Notes under the pieces: model-generated
What the model saw: only the letters and a program-made list of their open reading frames with translations
Database searches by the model: none
What the model was told of the DNA's origin: nothing
Program-made: the position numbers and the translations under genes
Assembly: GCA_965208105.1 (NCBI GenBank)
Contig: OZ242318.1
Location: 3,360,001-3,424,000 of the forward strand
Reading direction: 5' to 3'
Length of the DNA: 64,000 bases
Source of the DNA: Candidatus Latescibacterota bacterium
GTDB lineage: Bacteria; Latescibacterota; UBA2968; UBA8231
In this document: piece by piece, positions 39,882-53,015 of the stretch
How positions within the stretch are numbered: the first letter of the stretch is position 1
Layout of the letters: the number at the start of each line of letters is the position of its first letter

Positions 39882-41138
39882 TCAGAAGGGCAGGAGGTCT
39901 CCGTTCCGGTCGAAGGCCATCTCTCCGGGAGGGTCGACCACGGTCAGATCAGGACGTTTCTCCACCTCCGCGGAATAGGCCTCGGAGGCCAGGATTTCGG
40001 CAACGTCGAGAGTGTTGTGGATCCGCACCACCCTGGTGTCCTCCGGCTCTACGAGGCCTACGGTCTGCAGGGCGAGTTCGATAACCCTGCGGTCGGTGTC
40101 GCAGTAGAGCGGGATGGCGCCCGAAGGGGGATGGCCGCCGGTGATGACGTTCACGTAGGTGGTTTCCCTGTCCATCTTGTCGACGACGCGCTTGTGGGTG
40201 AACTCCGCCGTGCCCAGGCCCGAGGCATTGCCATGGGTTTCCTCGGTGAGGTCGCGGACGAAGATGCGGGTAACCTTGGGGAGCTCCTTCTCGGCGGCGC
40301 AGTGGTCGAGGAACTTGCGTCCGATGACGTTGGTGTCCATGCCGGAGCCGCTGATGTTCTTGCCGATCTGGTCGACGATGAGAAGGTCGATGCGCTCGAA
40401 GGGCAGGGTCGGCATCCACCTCTTGGCCAGTATGAGGAGTTCCTTTTCGCGCTCGGCAAACTCCTCGGGCGCCACGCCTTTGACAAGGGCGGTCTTGTCG
40501 TAGGGGTTTTCCACGATGCCCAACCCCATGAGCACGCCGCACTTTTCGATCACCGTCCGACCCACGGCGCGGATGATGCGGTCGAAGCTGTAGTTGACTA
40601 TGGCGCGGTGGTAGAGGGAGGCGCCCCGGTGTTTGCCGAGGCCGATGAGCATCATCTTGTGGAGTCCGCTCTCGATCTCTCCGACGAAGCCCGTGTGCGG
40701 CTTGATGCGGCCGACAACCACTACGTGGTCCGCTTCCGATGCATGTTTGTCGAAGAATACGGGTACTCCCTCGTCGATGGCGCCTACCTGGACTGTCTCC
40801 ATGCTGGAGCGGATGGGGGCCCCGGTGTAGTCTTCGGTGACGCCGTAGCCTTCAATGATGGCGCGCTGGCCTTCGGCGCTGCCGCCCCCGTGGCTGCCCA
40901 TGGAGGGGACCAGGAATGGTTCGAGGCCCAGGGCCTTGAACTCTTCTACCAGGGTTTTGATGATCAGGGCGATATTGGCGACGCCCCTGCTGCCCACGGT
41001 AATGGCCGCGGTTTCCCCGGGCCTGACCTTGGAAGAGAGGTTGAGCGCGGCTACTTCCTGGCGGACGGCACCGGCTATGTCATCCAGTTGGGGAGCGTCG
41101 AAATGCTGGCGCACCCGCATCATTCGCGGATAGGACAT
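39882..41138 (-). CDS. Lactate-racemase (LarA/DUF2088) domain protein
   Basis: GSRGVANI, PSMGSHGG, RIKPHT, GKNISGSGMDTNVIGR. Confidence 0.75.
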   Translation of the reverse strand: MSYPRMMRVRQHFDAPQLDDIAGAVRQEVAALNLSSKVRPGETAAITVGSRGVANIALIIKTLVEEFKALGLEPFLVPSMGSHGGGSAEGQRAIIEGYGVTEDYTGAPIRSSMETVQVGAIDEGVPVFFDKHASEADHVVVVGRIKPHTGFVGEIESGLHKMMLIGLGKHRGASLYHRAIVNYSFDRIIRAVGRTVIEKCGVLMGLGIVENPYDKTALVKGVAPEEFAEREKELLILAKRWMPTLPFERIDLLIVDQIGKNISGSGMDTNVIGRKFLDHCAAEKELPKVTRIFVRDLTEETHGNASGLGTAEFTHKRVVDKMDRETTYVNVITGGHPPSGAIPLYCDTDRRVIELALQTVGLVEPEDTRVVRIHNTLDVAEILASEAYSAEVEKRPDLTVVDPPGEMAFDRNGDLLPF

Positions 41139-41302
41139 GAGGGTCTCCTGGGTAGTGGATGGCGAATAAATGTCAAAAAGTGCTTCATTGCGCTAGTCTG
41201 GCGATATGGCGGCCTCGGGCGAATCCCCTGCAGCGGGTTGCCCCGCCCGCCTTTTGCCACGGAAATATAGGAAAGATTCGAGATTTGTTACAGGAAGCAT
41301 GG

Positions 41303-42466
41303 TCAAATGGCCTTTTTGAAGATCCCTTCCAGGTCTTTCCGGGTGGTCTTGCGCGGGTTGACCTCCACGTTGCCGCTCTTCATGGCGTCGCGGGCCATGG
41401 CGCCGATGGATCCGGCCTTGACTCCCGCGGCGGCCAGCCTGGCAGGGATGCCGAAGTCCTGGTTGAGCTCCAGGATGGCGTCGATGGCCGCGTGCGCCGC
41501 TTCGTAGCTGCGCAGTTCGGCCGTGTCGACTCCGAGGGCGGCGGCGATATCGGCGAACTTTTCGAGGCGCGAGGAAAGGTTGTACTCGACGACGTAGGGC
41601 AGGAGGATGGCGTTGGCGAGGCCGTGGTGCACGCCGAAGTGGCCGCCCACCGGATGCGACATGGCGTGCACGTTGCCCAGGCGGGTCTGGGAGAAGGCCA
41701 GCCCGGCCATGGCGCTGGCGATGAGCATGTTCTGGGTCGCTTCGAGTTCGTGGTCGTTGGCGCATGCCCGGCGCAGGTTGGCGCCGATCAAGCGCATGGC
41801 CCCCAGGGCGGTGGCCTCGGTGATGGGAGTGGACAGGAGGTTGACGTAGGATTCAAGGGCGTGGGTCAGGGCGTCCATTCCGGTGGGCGCGCCCACCTCT
41901 GCGGGCAGGGCCAGGGCCAGCTCCGCGTCGAGAATGCCCACCGAGGGCGCGATCTTCCAGCTTATCACCGGGTCCTTGGTGCGGCTTCTGGCGTTGCTGA
42001 GGACGGCGAAGGGAGTGACTTCGCTGCCGGTGCCGTAGGTGGTGGGGGCACAGACGAGAAAAGGAAGGTCGCGCTCGATCTTGTCGTTGCCGTATTGGGC
42101 GCCGAGGTAGTCCTCGATGCGGCCGCCGTTGGTGGCCACAATGCCGATCATCTTGGCCACGTCCATGGAACTCCCGCCGCCGAGTCCGAGAAGGGCGGTG
42201 CACTTTTCCCTGGTGTAGAGACGATGGCCGGCGTTGACGCAGCGGGCCGGAGGATTGCCGAGGACTCCGGCGTAGACCGCGTGGTCGATTCCTGCCTTCT
42301 GCAGGATGGAGGCGACGTGGTCGACGATGCCCGCGCTGCTCAGGCCCTTGTCGGTGACCACCAGGACCTTGTGGCCGGACAGAAACCTGGGTAGACGGGA
42401 AGCGGAGCCGGGGCCGTATACCAGGTGCGTGGGGATGCGTTGGTGGAAGGTGGTTCGGGAGGCCAT
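41303..42466 (-). CDS. Iron-containing alcohol dehydrogenase
   Basis: GGGSSMD, PTTYGTGSE, DALTHALE, HAMSH, HHGLANA. Confidence 0.93.
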   Translation of the reverse strand: MASRTTFHQRIPTHLVYGPGSASRLPRFLSGHKVLVVTDKGLSSAGIVDHVASILQKAGIDHAVYAGVLGNPPARCVNAGHRLYTREKCTALLGLGGGSSMDVAKMIGIVATNGGRIEDYLGAQYGNDKIERDLPFLVCAPTTYGTGSEVTPFAVLSNARSRTKDPVISWKIAPSVGILDAELALALPAEVGAPTGMDALTHALESYVNLLSTPITEATALGAMRLIGANLRRACANDHELEATQNMLIASAMAGLAFSQTRLGNVHAMSHPVGGHFGVHHGLANAILLPYVVEYNLSSRLEKFADIAAALGVDTAELRSYEAAHAAIDAILELNQDFGIPARLAAAGVKAGSIGAMARDAMKSGNVEVNPRKTTRKDLEGIFKKAI

Positions 42467-42580
42467 TGCCTGACGTCAGTTGAGTTGGTGTGAAGGGAGA
42501 AAGATATATCCATGCGGGTCGGAGGGTCAAGTTGAAATGGCCCCCAATGGATCATGGGGAGAAACGGGCCGGGGGAATGC

Positions 42581-43144
42581 TTACAGACCGAGGTGGGGCA
42601 ACAGTTCGGACAGCGAGTGAATGATGGGTCCGTCGACCGGTTCGAGGGGGTCGTGGGACAGGTGGATGTAGGCGACGCCGGCCTCCCGGCTCGCCATGCG
42701 GTCATAGAGGCTGTCTCCGATGAAGCAGGCTTCTGGCGGAGCCAATCCGAGCTTTTCGAGGGCAAGGAGAATCAGGTCGGGGGCGGGCTTGAGGAGGGCG
42801 TCCTCGCGGCTCAGGAGAAGGTCGAAGTGCAGATTGAACTTTTCGACTACCGCATTCATGGCGCGCCGGTTGTTGTTGGTGATCAAGGCCAGTTTCAGCG
42901 AGCGCGGCCGCAGGTTTTCGAAAAGCTCGGCGGCGCCGGGATTGAGGATGGCCTGGCGGGCGGCCTCTTGTTCGGCGGCTTCGAGGATTGCGTGGGCCCG
43001 CTCCCGCTCGTGCATTGGAAGGCTGTCTATGTAGCCGATGATTTGCGCGCCTTCGGGGATGTCGATGCGGTCGCGCAGATCTTTCCAGTCGATGTGAGGG
43101 CAGGTGATCGTGCCGTCCATGTCGAAGAAAAGCGCCTTGAACAT
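42581..43144 (-). CDS. HAD family hydrolase
   Basis: FDMDGT, ITNN, KPAPD, IGDS. Confidence 0.9.
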   Translation of the reverse strand: MFKALFFDMDGTITCPHIDWKDLRDRIDIPEGAQIIGYIDSLPMHERERAHAILEAAEQEAARQAILNPGAAELFENLRPRSLKLALITNNNRRAMNAVVEKFNLHFDLLLSREDALLKPAPDLILLALEKLGLAPPEACFIGDSLYDRMASREAGVAYIHLSHDPLEPVDGPIIHSLSELLPHLGL

Positions 43145-43146
43145 GC

Positions 43147-44169
43147 CTAGTTCGGGAAGAGCCGGGTCATTTCGTCGGCGGCGAATTGCGGCAGGGGGAT
43201 CAGCCGGCCATCCCTGCGCAGTTGCAGGCCGAAGCGGGATTCGCGAACAGTGCCGATGCGGCAGGCGTGGATCCCCTCCTTTTCCAGGGCCGCGACAACT
43301 GGCGGGGCGCTGTCCTCGGGGCATCCGATCAGCAGGGCCCCCGAGGAAATGACGCCGAGAGGGTCCAGATCGAAGGCGCTGCAGAGGCGCGCGGACTCGG
43401 GGGAAATGCGGAGAGCGTGGGCATCGATCTCCAGGCCGACATCGGAGGCGGTTGCCAGTTCGGTCAGAGCGGTGGCTACGCCGCCTTCGGTGGGGTCGTG
43501 CATGGCGTGGACCTGGCCTGCCCGGCAGGCGATTGCAGCGTCGCGCACGACACTGATTCCCGGGTTTTCGAGGTAGCGCGAGCACAGGTCGAGAAAGCCG
43601 GCCGCATGCCCTTGCCGCAGTAGTTCAGCGCGTTTTTCCCGCGCTATGATGGCGGTGGCCTCTATGGCCAGGCCCTTTGTCAGGAGCAGGGCGTCACCGG
43701 GCCGCAGGCCGGAGGAGCGCACCAGGTTGCCGGGTTCGACCTCGCCGAGCATCTGGCCCACTACGATGGGGCGGTCGATGCCGGCGGTGATTTCGGTGTG
43801 TCCGCCGCAGACGGCAATGTCCAGCTGCCCGGCGGCGGCGTGGATGGAGCGGAAGATGGACTCGATCAGAGCGGGTGTGGCCTGCTCTTGCGGAAGCAGA
43901 ATGGTAGACAGGAAGAACCTTGGACGCCCGCCCATGGCCGCGATATCGTTTGCGTTTACGTTGACCGCGTACCAGCCGATGGCGTCGGAGGCGAAGGTAA
44001 TGGGGTCGGTCTTGGCCACCAGGTAGCGGTCCCCCAGGTCGATGACGGCGGCGTCCTCCCCCACCCCGGAAGGAACTACCAGGTCGGGGTGGAGGTGGGT
44101 GTAGCTGCGGATGAGGCGGGCGAGGACCTCGTGGGGGAGTTTGCCCGCGGGGTAGGTTTGGCCGGTCAT
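43147..44169 (-). CDS. AIR synthase (PurM/HypE/ThiL superfamily) related protein
   Basis: GEDAAVI, KTDPIT, NANDIAAMG, GGHTE, HDPTEGG. Confidence 0.88.
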   Translation of the reverse strand: MTGQTYPAGKLPHEVLARLIRSYTHLHPDLVVPSGVGEDAAVIDLGDRYLVAKTDPITFASDAIGWYAVNVNANDIAAMGGRPRFFLSTILLPQEQATPALIESIFRSIHAAAGQLDIAVCGGHTEITAGIDRPIVVGQMLGEVEPGNLVRSSGLRPGDALLLTKGLAIEATAIIAREKRAELLRQGHAAGFLDLCSRYLENPGISVVRDAAIACRAGQVHAMHDPTEGGVATALTELATASDVGLEIDAHALRISPESARLCSAFDLDPLGVISSGALLIGCPEDSAPPVVAALEKEGIHACRIGTVRESRFGLQLRRDGRLIPLPQFAADEMTRLFPN

Positions 44170-45710
44170 GGTCGCCGGCCGCGGTAGTGGTTGCAGATCG
44201 AGCGGACCAGGGCCGGGATGCTGCTCTCCTCAGGCTGGATGTGCGTTTCCAGACCCAGGTCGAGAATGGCCCTGGTGGTGGTTGGGCCGATCGAGGCAAT
44301 GGTGCTCTTTGCCAGGATGGCCTGGCTGCGCCCGGCACCCAGGACTTTGCGGAAATTGTGCACACTGGAAGGGCTGACAAAGACGATGAGATCGATATTT
44401 CCTTCGACCAGGGCCGCCGGCAATTCGACCTCGCCGGGGTCGGGGGGACGGTTCCGGTAGGCGGTGACGCGGCGGACGCGGGCACCGCGGCGCTCCAGTT
44501 CGGTGGCCAGGAGAGCGCGTCCTATGGAGGAGCCGGGCATGAGGACGTTGCATTCTTCAACCTGGACGGAGGCGAAAGCTTCGACCAGGCCATCCTGGGA
44601 GTGCCGGGTGGGGATGAGGTCGGGCTCGATGCCCTGATCGCGGAGATGAGCGGCGGTGGACAGCCCCACGGCGGCCACCGAGGCGGCGCCTAGGGCGCGG
44701 GAGTCCCGGTTCAGCCGGCGCAGGCGCCCGAAAAAGAAGTTGACGCTGTTGGGGCTGGTGAAGACGAGCCAGTGAAACCGCTGCAGTTCCGCTATGCACT
44801 TGTCCAGCTCGGCCCAATCCTCTGGAGGCTGAATGTCGAGGAGGGGCATCGCCGAGACCTCTGCGGCTTCGGCCTCGAGGAGAAGCTGGAGACTGCCGGC
44901 TTGCTCGCGGCTGCGGGTGATGAGGACGCGGCGCCCGAAGAGGGCCTTGTCCTCGAACCAGTTGAGATGGGAGCGCAGGCTCACGACATCGCCCACCACG
45001 ATGAGGGCGGGGGACTGAATGTTTTGCCGGTGTGCTTCCCCGGCGATGCGCTTCAGGGATGAAATCAGGGTGCGCTGGTGCGGCCAGGTGCCCCATTCGA
45101 TGGCAGCGGCCGGAGTGTCGGGAGAGCGGCCGTGTTGCAGCAGGGTCGCGCTGATCTCGTCGAGCTTGCGGGCACCCATGAAGATTACCAGAGTGCTGTC
45201 GAGTCGGGCGAGGAGAGGCCAGTCCGCGGTTGCTGCGGATTTGGCCGGGTCTTCGTGCCCGGTGACGAGAACGGCCGCGGCGGCCAGGCCTCGGTGGGTG
45301 AGCGGAATTCCGGCGTAGGCCAGGGCGCCCGCGGCGGCCGAGACTCCCGAGACGATCTCGAAGGGAATGCCCGCTTTTTTCAGGAGCAGGGCTTCCTCGC
45401 TGCCCCGCCCGAAGATGAGGGGGTCGCCACCCTTGAGGCGGACGACGCTCCGGCCCCCGCGGGCGTGCCGGATGAGCAGGCCGTTGATTTCCTCCTGGGT
45501 GTGGCTCTTTTGACCCCCGCGCTTTCCCACGTAGATCTTCTCGCAGCCGGGCCGGGCAAGGTCGAGGAGGCGTCGGTCCAGAATTTCGTCGTAGAGGACC
45601 ACGTCGGCTGCTTCGAGGCAGCGGGCTCCCTTCAGGGTGATGAGTCCGGGATCGCCGGGTCCCGCACCGACGATGTAGACGTGTCCCGGAGTCAGCTCCA
45701 GTGCGTTCAT
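44166..45710 (-). CDS. cobA-hemD: Uroporphyrinogen-III C-methyltransferase / synthase fusion
   Basis: VGAGPGDPGLIT, RLKGGDP, then HemD domain LITRSREQ, FTSPNSV, IGPTT. Confidence 0.93.
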   Translation of the reverse strand: MNALELTPGHVYIVGAGPGDPGLITLKGARCLEAADVVLYDEILDRRLLDLARPGCEKIYVGKRGGQKSHTQEEINGLLIRHARGGRSVVRLKGGDPLIFGRGSEEALLLKKAGIPFEIVSGVSAAAGALAYAGIPLTHRGLAAAAVLVTGHEDPAKSAATADWPLLARLDSTLVIFMGARKLDEISATLLQHGRSPDTPAAAIEWGTWPHQRTLISSLKRIAGEAHRQNIQSPALIVVGDVVSLRSHLNWFEDKALFGRRVLITRSREQAGSLQLLLEAEAAEVSAMPLLDIQPPEDWAELDKCIAELQRFHWLVFTSPNSVNFFFGRLRRLNRDSRALGAASVAAVGLSTAAHLRDQGIEPDLIPTRHSQDGLVEAFASVQVEECNVLMPGSSIGRALLATELERRGARVRRVTAYRNRPPDPGEVELPAALVEGNIDLIVFVSPSSVHNFRKVLGAGRSQAILAKSTIASIGPTTTRAILDLGLETHIQPEESSIPALVRSICNHYRGRRP

Positions 45711-46633
45711 GGGAACCGGACCGCCGGATCCTGCAGGATGGCATCGGCGCCCAGGCCGCGGAGTTTGGAGGCCACCTCGGCGCCGAGACGGTGGGCCGCT
45801 TCCGGGCCGGTGCTCGAGGTTGCGCGCACGAGATCGGTGCCATCGGGCCGGGCCACGAGGCCTTCGAGAAGAATGGAATTTCCCGCCTGACGGGCCCAGG
45901 CTGCGATGGGCGCCCTGCAGCCTCCGCCCAGGTGCTTGAGGAGACTGCGCTCGGCCGCGACGGCGGCAAAGGTCGGAGGGTGATTCACCGATTCCACCCA
46001 GGACAGGAGTGGGTGGTCGCGCTTCATCTGCAGGCCGAGGGCCGCCTGGCCCGCTGCCGGAAGCATCTCCCGGGTTTCCAGGTAGGCGCTGATTTCGCTG
46101 TGCTGTTCGAGGCGATGAAGTCCGGCGGCGGCGAGGACGACCGCGTCGCACCCGCCCTCCCTGGTGTTGCGCATGCGGGTGTCGATATTGCCGCGTATGC
46201 AGGTGAAACGCAGGTCGGGGCGCAGGGAAAGAAGCTGGGCCTGACGGCGCAGGCTTCCAGTGCCGATGAGGGCGCCCTCGGGCAAGCCCGCCAGGTCACG
46301 GTCTTCCCGGCTGACCAGGACGTCGCGCACGTCTTCGCGCACCGGGGTGGCGACCAGGGTCAGATCGTCGTGGAACCGGGTTGGCAGGTCCTTGAGGCTG
46401 TGAACTGCGAGGTCGATGCGGGCGTCGAGGAGGGCGGTTTCGATTTCGCCTGTGAAGACTCCCCGGGCGCCGGTATCGCGCAAGGAGCCCTTGGTTGAAT
46501 CGCCCCGGGTCTTGATGACCTCAACCTCGATGCGAAGGGAGGAGAATTGCTGCCGGAGCAGGCGGCGGACAAAGTTGCTCTGGACCAGAGCGAGTTGACT
46601 GCCGCGGCTGCCGATGGTGAGAGTTGGGGCCAA
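45707..46633 (-). CDS. hemC: Porphobilinogen deaminase
   Basis: GSRGSQLALVQ, AVHSLKDLP, GTGSLRR, RGNIDTR, GGGCRAP; TTG start inferred. Confidence 0.95.
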   Translation of the reverse strand: MAPTLTIGSRGSQLALVQSNFVRRLLRQQFSSLRIEVEVIKTRGDSTKGSLRDTGARGVFTGEIETALLDARIDLAVHSLKDLPTRFHDDLTLVATPVREDVRDVLVSREDRDLAGLPEGALIGTGSLRRQAQLLSLRPDLRFTCIRGNIDTRMRNTREGGCDAVVLAAAGLHRLEQHSEISAYLETREMLPAAGQAALGLQMKRDHPLLSWVESVNHPPTFAAVAAERSLLKHLGGGCRAPIAAWARQAGNSILLEGLVARPDGTDLVRATSSTGPEAAHRLGAEVASKLRGLGADAILQDPAVRFP

Positions 46634-46973
46634 GTCCAGGTCCTGTTGAGTCCTGTGGCGGATGAAAGACGGACCCGAAGGAAAGGCGTTTCGCGCCAAC
46701 GCATCTCCTGGCGCCGGGATCATTCGGCTGCAGTATTTTAAATCGAATCCCATCTGGCTGCAACCGGCTGCAACCAGGAGCGGTGAACCCCATTCCCCGG
46801 TCCCGGCTGCGCCGTGGATCCGTCCAGAGATCCTCGAGGTCCAGGAGTCGCCCCAGTGCCTGCTAGCGCAATCCCGCCTGAATTCGGCCGCCCCCTCCAG
46901 CCTTGCGTGCACAGGCGCGGGGGCCGAAGACACCGTCTCCAGCCCCCGCACGGATGCTCAGGAGTTTCCTGCG

Positions 46974-48446
<1,473 letters not shown>

Positions 48447-48495
48447 CTAAAGGCTCCTTGGTTGAAAATATGGAGTGGGTGAGGACAACCACAGG

Positions 48496-48527
48496 CGGCG
48501 CCGCAACTCAACCGAGTTGCGGCGCCG
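48496..48527. other. Perfect 14-bp stem-loop between the porin-like gene and glnA
   Basis: CGGCGCCGCAACTC-AACC-GAGTTGCGGCGCCG; no clear U-tract. Confidence 0.75.
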
Positions 48528-48608
48528 ACCTTGGTTTACAGAGGCCGCAGGGCAAGAAAGATTGCGGTGATCTCGACTGCGCTGGGGAAGTCTGAAGAAG
48601 CCTGGCTA

Positions 48609-49265
48609 CTAGAAACTCTTCCCGAATACGAGAAAGGTGGACTCGCGGTCCAGGTTGACTATATAGGAGGCCCAATAGTCGCCCTTGGCCATGGACACAC
48701 CCGCATTGGTCACCGGAATCGGCCCGTTTTCGGTTATGTAGTCGTCGGTGCCCCCACCGGCGAAAATGCTTACCCCGATACCCTCCATCTCGCCCAGATC
48801 GTATCCCAACTCGGCGTAGATGGAGCTCTGGCTCTCGCCTGCGTCATCCTCGGGCTCGAGCACGTTGACCGCCCCCGTCAGGCTGATGGGGCCCGAAGCG
48901 TAGGAGATCATGAGCTCGATGGTGTGAGCGCCGGTTGCGCTGTAGTCGAGGAACCCGTCGTCCTCGCCGAGGGCGGGGAAGAAGTAGTCGGTCGCGGTAA
49001 TGGCCAGTGGCCCGGCTGCATAGGTGATGTAGAGATCGTTCTCGTTGGCGCCGTTGGCGGTGATCCCCCAAGAGGACCAGGCGCCTATCTCTACCGATCC
49101 GGATCCATAGGAAAGATAGGGCTGGATGGACACGCCGTCGCCGAAATCCAGGCCGCGCCAGACGTAGCGGCTCACCAGGTCCGCCCCCATGCCTACACCG
49201 GCCTGGGCCGGAACGGCGCCGACAAGGGCCAGCAGGATTGCGTGGAAAATGAATTTCTTTGTCAA
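48609..49265 (-). CDS. Putative outer-membrane beta-barrel (TorF-like)
   Basis: Signal peptide, ADLVSRYVWRG, SIQP, GAWSS, ENDLY, terminal Phe; AGGAGG before TTG. Confidence 0.75.
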   Translation of the reverse strand: MTKKFIFHAILLALVGAVPAQAGVGMGADLVSRYVWRGLDFGDGVSIQPYLSYGSGSVEIGAWSSWGITANGANENDLYITYAAGPLAITATDYFFPALGEDDGFLDYSATGAHTIELMISYASGPISLTGAVNVLEPEDDAGESQSSIYAELGYDLGEMEGIGVSIFAGGGTDDYITENGPIPVTNAGVSMAKGDYWASYIVNLDRESTFLVFGKSF

Positions 49266-49342
49266 GATTCCCCTCCTTTGCTTGCCGGGCGGGAGAACAT
49301 GCCCGCCCGGCCGGGTGGTGACAGCAGTGAAATTACAGCCGT

Positions 49343-49681
49343 TCACAGCGCGCTTTCCCCGGTCTCTCCGGTGCGGATGCGCACGGCTTCCTCAACAGGG
49401 ACGACAAAGACCTTGCCGTCCCCCACTTTTCCGGTCTTGGCCGCCTCGACGATCGCGCTCACGGCCTGGTCGCGGTCGCCCGGCTTGACGGTGACTTCGA
49501 TCTTGATCTTGGGTACGAAGTCGACGCGGTACTCGGCACCCCGGTAGACTTCGCGGTGGCCGCGCTGGCGGCCAAAGCCGCGTACTTCGATGACGGACAT
49601 GCCGGCGATGCCCAGACCAGCCAGGGCGTCCTGCACCTGTTCGAGCGCGGCCGGGCGCAAAAAAGCTTCAATCTTGTACAT
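49343..49681 (-). CDS. glnK: P-II nitrogen regulator
   Basis: GFGRQRG, YRGAEY, TGKVGDGKVF, RIRTGE; adjacent to amtB. Confidence 0.95.
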   Translation of the reverse strand: MYKIEAFLRPAALEQVQDALAGLGIAGMSVIEVRGFGRQRGHREVYRGAEYRVDFVPKIKIEVTVKPGDRDQAVSAIVEAAKTGKVGDGKVFVVPVEEAVRIRTGETGESAL

Positions 49682-49699
49682 TGTTTTCCTCCTGCCGCA

Positions 49700-51025
49700 T
49701 CAATTGTGGATGGGGTGAAAGTCCGCATAGGAAGGCTGGCCGTGCTCGCCGGCGTCGAGGCCTTCCTCCTCTTCCTCCGCGCTGACGCGAATGCCCACAG
49801 CAGCTTTGATGAGCAGGATCAGGATGGCAGAGGCTGCGAAAGCGAAAAGGGAAATAGAGAGAGTTCCGACAATTTGCTTGAATAAGGTATGGTCTGCGTT
49901 GGTGCTGAACAGACCGACGGCAACCGTTCCCCAGACGCCGCAGATTCCGTGCACGGAGATGGCCCCGACCGGATCGTCGATTTTAATGCGGTCGATGCCC
50001 ACGATGGCGAAGACAACTATGATGCCGCTGATGAGACCGATGGCAATGGCGCCGATCCAGGTAACGCTATCGGCACCTGCGGTAATGCCCACAAGCCCCG
50101 CCAGCACGCCGTTCAGGGCCATGGTGATGTCGGGTTTTTTCAGGTAGGCCATCGAGGTGAACATGGCCGCAAGGCAGCCGGCCGCCGCCGCAAGGGAGGT
50201 GGTGGCGAAAACCAGGGATACGGCCGCGGGGTCCGCGCTGAGAACCGAGCCGCCGTTGAATCCGAACCATCCCAGCCAGAGCAGGAACACTCCGATTGTG
50301 GCAAGGGGCATACTGTGACCGAGAATGGGTCGGACCTGTCCATCCGCGGTGTACTTGCCGTTGCGGGGTCCCAGGAAGATAACGCAGGCCAGGGCGGAAA
50401 AACCGCCAAAAGCGTGGACGATGCTGGACCCGGCGAAATCGTAGAAACCGAGTTGGTCGAGCCAACCGCCTCCCCACTTCCAGGAGCCGGCGATCGGGTA
50501 GAAGAAGGCGACCAGCAAAGCGGCATAGACCATGAAACTGGTGAGTTTAACGCGCTCGGCTACCGCTCCCGAGACGATGGTGGCGGCGGTGGCCGCAAAC
50601 ATGGCCTGGAAAATAAAGTCAGACCAGTAGGTATAGTCGGCATAGGCGGAGGTGAGATTGGCGACCTGGTCGGTAAAACCGAGCGTTCCACCGATGGCGA
50701 TAAAGCCGTTGAAGTCGCCCGGGTACATGGTGTTGAATCCGGTCAGGGCGTAGGTGATCAGACCAACGGAGATGATGAACAGGTTTTTGAAGAGGATATT
50801 GACCGTATTCTTCTGCCGCGTAAGGCCCGATTCGAGGGTGGCGAAGCCGAGGTGCATGACAAATACCAAGGCTGCGGCAATCAATATCCAGAGGTTGTCT
50901 ACTATGAACTTGGGATAGACCAGTGGTGTGTTCTGGAACTCCTCCATTGACTTGATCTCGGCGCCCACTACCTGAGTGGCTCCTCCAAAGACCACAATCA
51001 ATGTCAATAACTTGAAAAACAACAT
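49700..51025 (-). CDS. amtB: Ammonium transporter
   Basis: FQAMFAAT, DFAGSSIVH, GWFGFNGGS, DDPVGAISVH. Confidence 0.96.
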   Translation of the reverse strand: MLFFKLLTLIVVFGGATQVVGAEIKSMEEFQNTPLVYPKFIVDNLWILIAAALVFVMHLGFATLESGLTRQKNTVNILFKNLFIISVGLITYALTGFNTMYPGDFNGFIAIGGTLGFTDQVANLTSAYADYTYWSDFIFQAMFAATAATIVSGAVAERVKLTSFMVYAALLVAFFYPIAGSWKWGGGWLDQLGFYDFAGSSIVHAFGGFSALACVIFLGPRNGKYTADGQVRPILGHSMPLATIGVFLLWLGWFGFNGGSVLSADPAAVSLVFATTSLAAAAGCLAAMFTSMAYLKKPDITMALNGVLAGLVGITAGADSVTWIGAIAIGLISGIIVVFAIVGIDRIKIDDPVGAISVHGICGVWGTVAVGLFSTNADHTLFKQIVGTLSISLFAFAASAILILLIKAAVGIRVSAEEEEEGLDAGEHGQPSYADFHPIHN

Positions 51026-51105
51026 CTTTGTCCCTCCCTTGGGTGATGGGTAATGGGGTCTGCTGCTTCAGGCCCGAGGTGAAAGGTGCGCGCTTGGGAT
51101 TTTTC

Positions 51106-51121
51106 AGCAAGGACTATGCCA
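51106..51121 (-). promoter_or_regulatory. Sigma54 (-24/-12) promoter of the amtB operon
   Basis: TGGCATAGTCCTTGCT, GG-N10-GC. Confidence 0.85.
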
Positions 51122-51276
51122 GCGGCGGCACCAAAGCCAGGGAGGGGGGTTATGAGGCTGGTAATTAAAGGGTTATGCGAAATGCAACGGGCCATGGAGG
51201 AAGCTTATAAAGAGCGACAAAAATGGAAGTTATATCAAAAATATAACCAAATTTGTTGTTTTAACAATTTTGCAGT

Positions 51277-52824
<1,548 letters not shown>

Positions 52825-52894
52825 GAGATACCAGTTCGCTTTACGCGGTTCGCGGGGAATTCAACCGTTTCAGAACAGTCTCAGGAAAAAATCA

Positions 52895-52910
52895 GGCAAG
52901 TTTCATGCCA
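52895..52910 (-). promoter_or_regulatory. Sigma54 promoter of the NifA-like gene
   Basis: TGGCATGAAACTTGCC, GG-N10-GC. Confidence 0.8.
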
Positions 52911-53001
52911 AGAGCGGGAAGGGACTTGAGCTTTCTACCTGTAAAAAGTAGTGTGGGGGAGTCCAGAGAGTGATTCCCAGGGGGAAGAGCGATACAATAA
53001 T

Positions 53002-53015
53002 CTACAAATTTGTAG
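53002..53015. promoter_or_regulatory. Palindromic candidate upstream activator site
   Basis: Perfect palindrome CTACAAATTTGTAG ~90 bp upstream of the sigma54 site. Confidence 0.7.

Noticed and set aside
43147-44169. Calling this gene hypE or thiL
   Set aside because: No C-terminal PRIC motif or hydrogenase context; subfamily cannot be fixed by eye.
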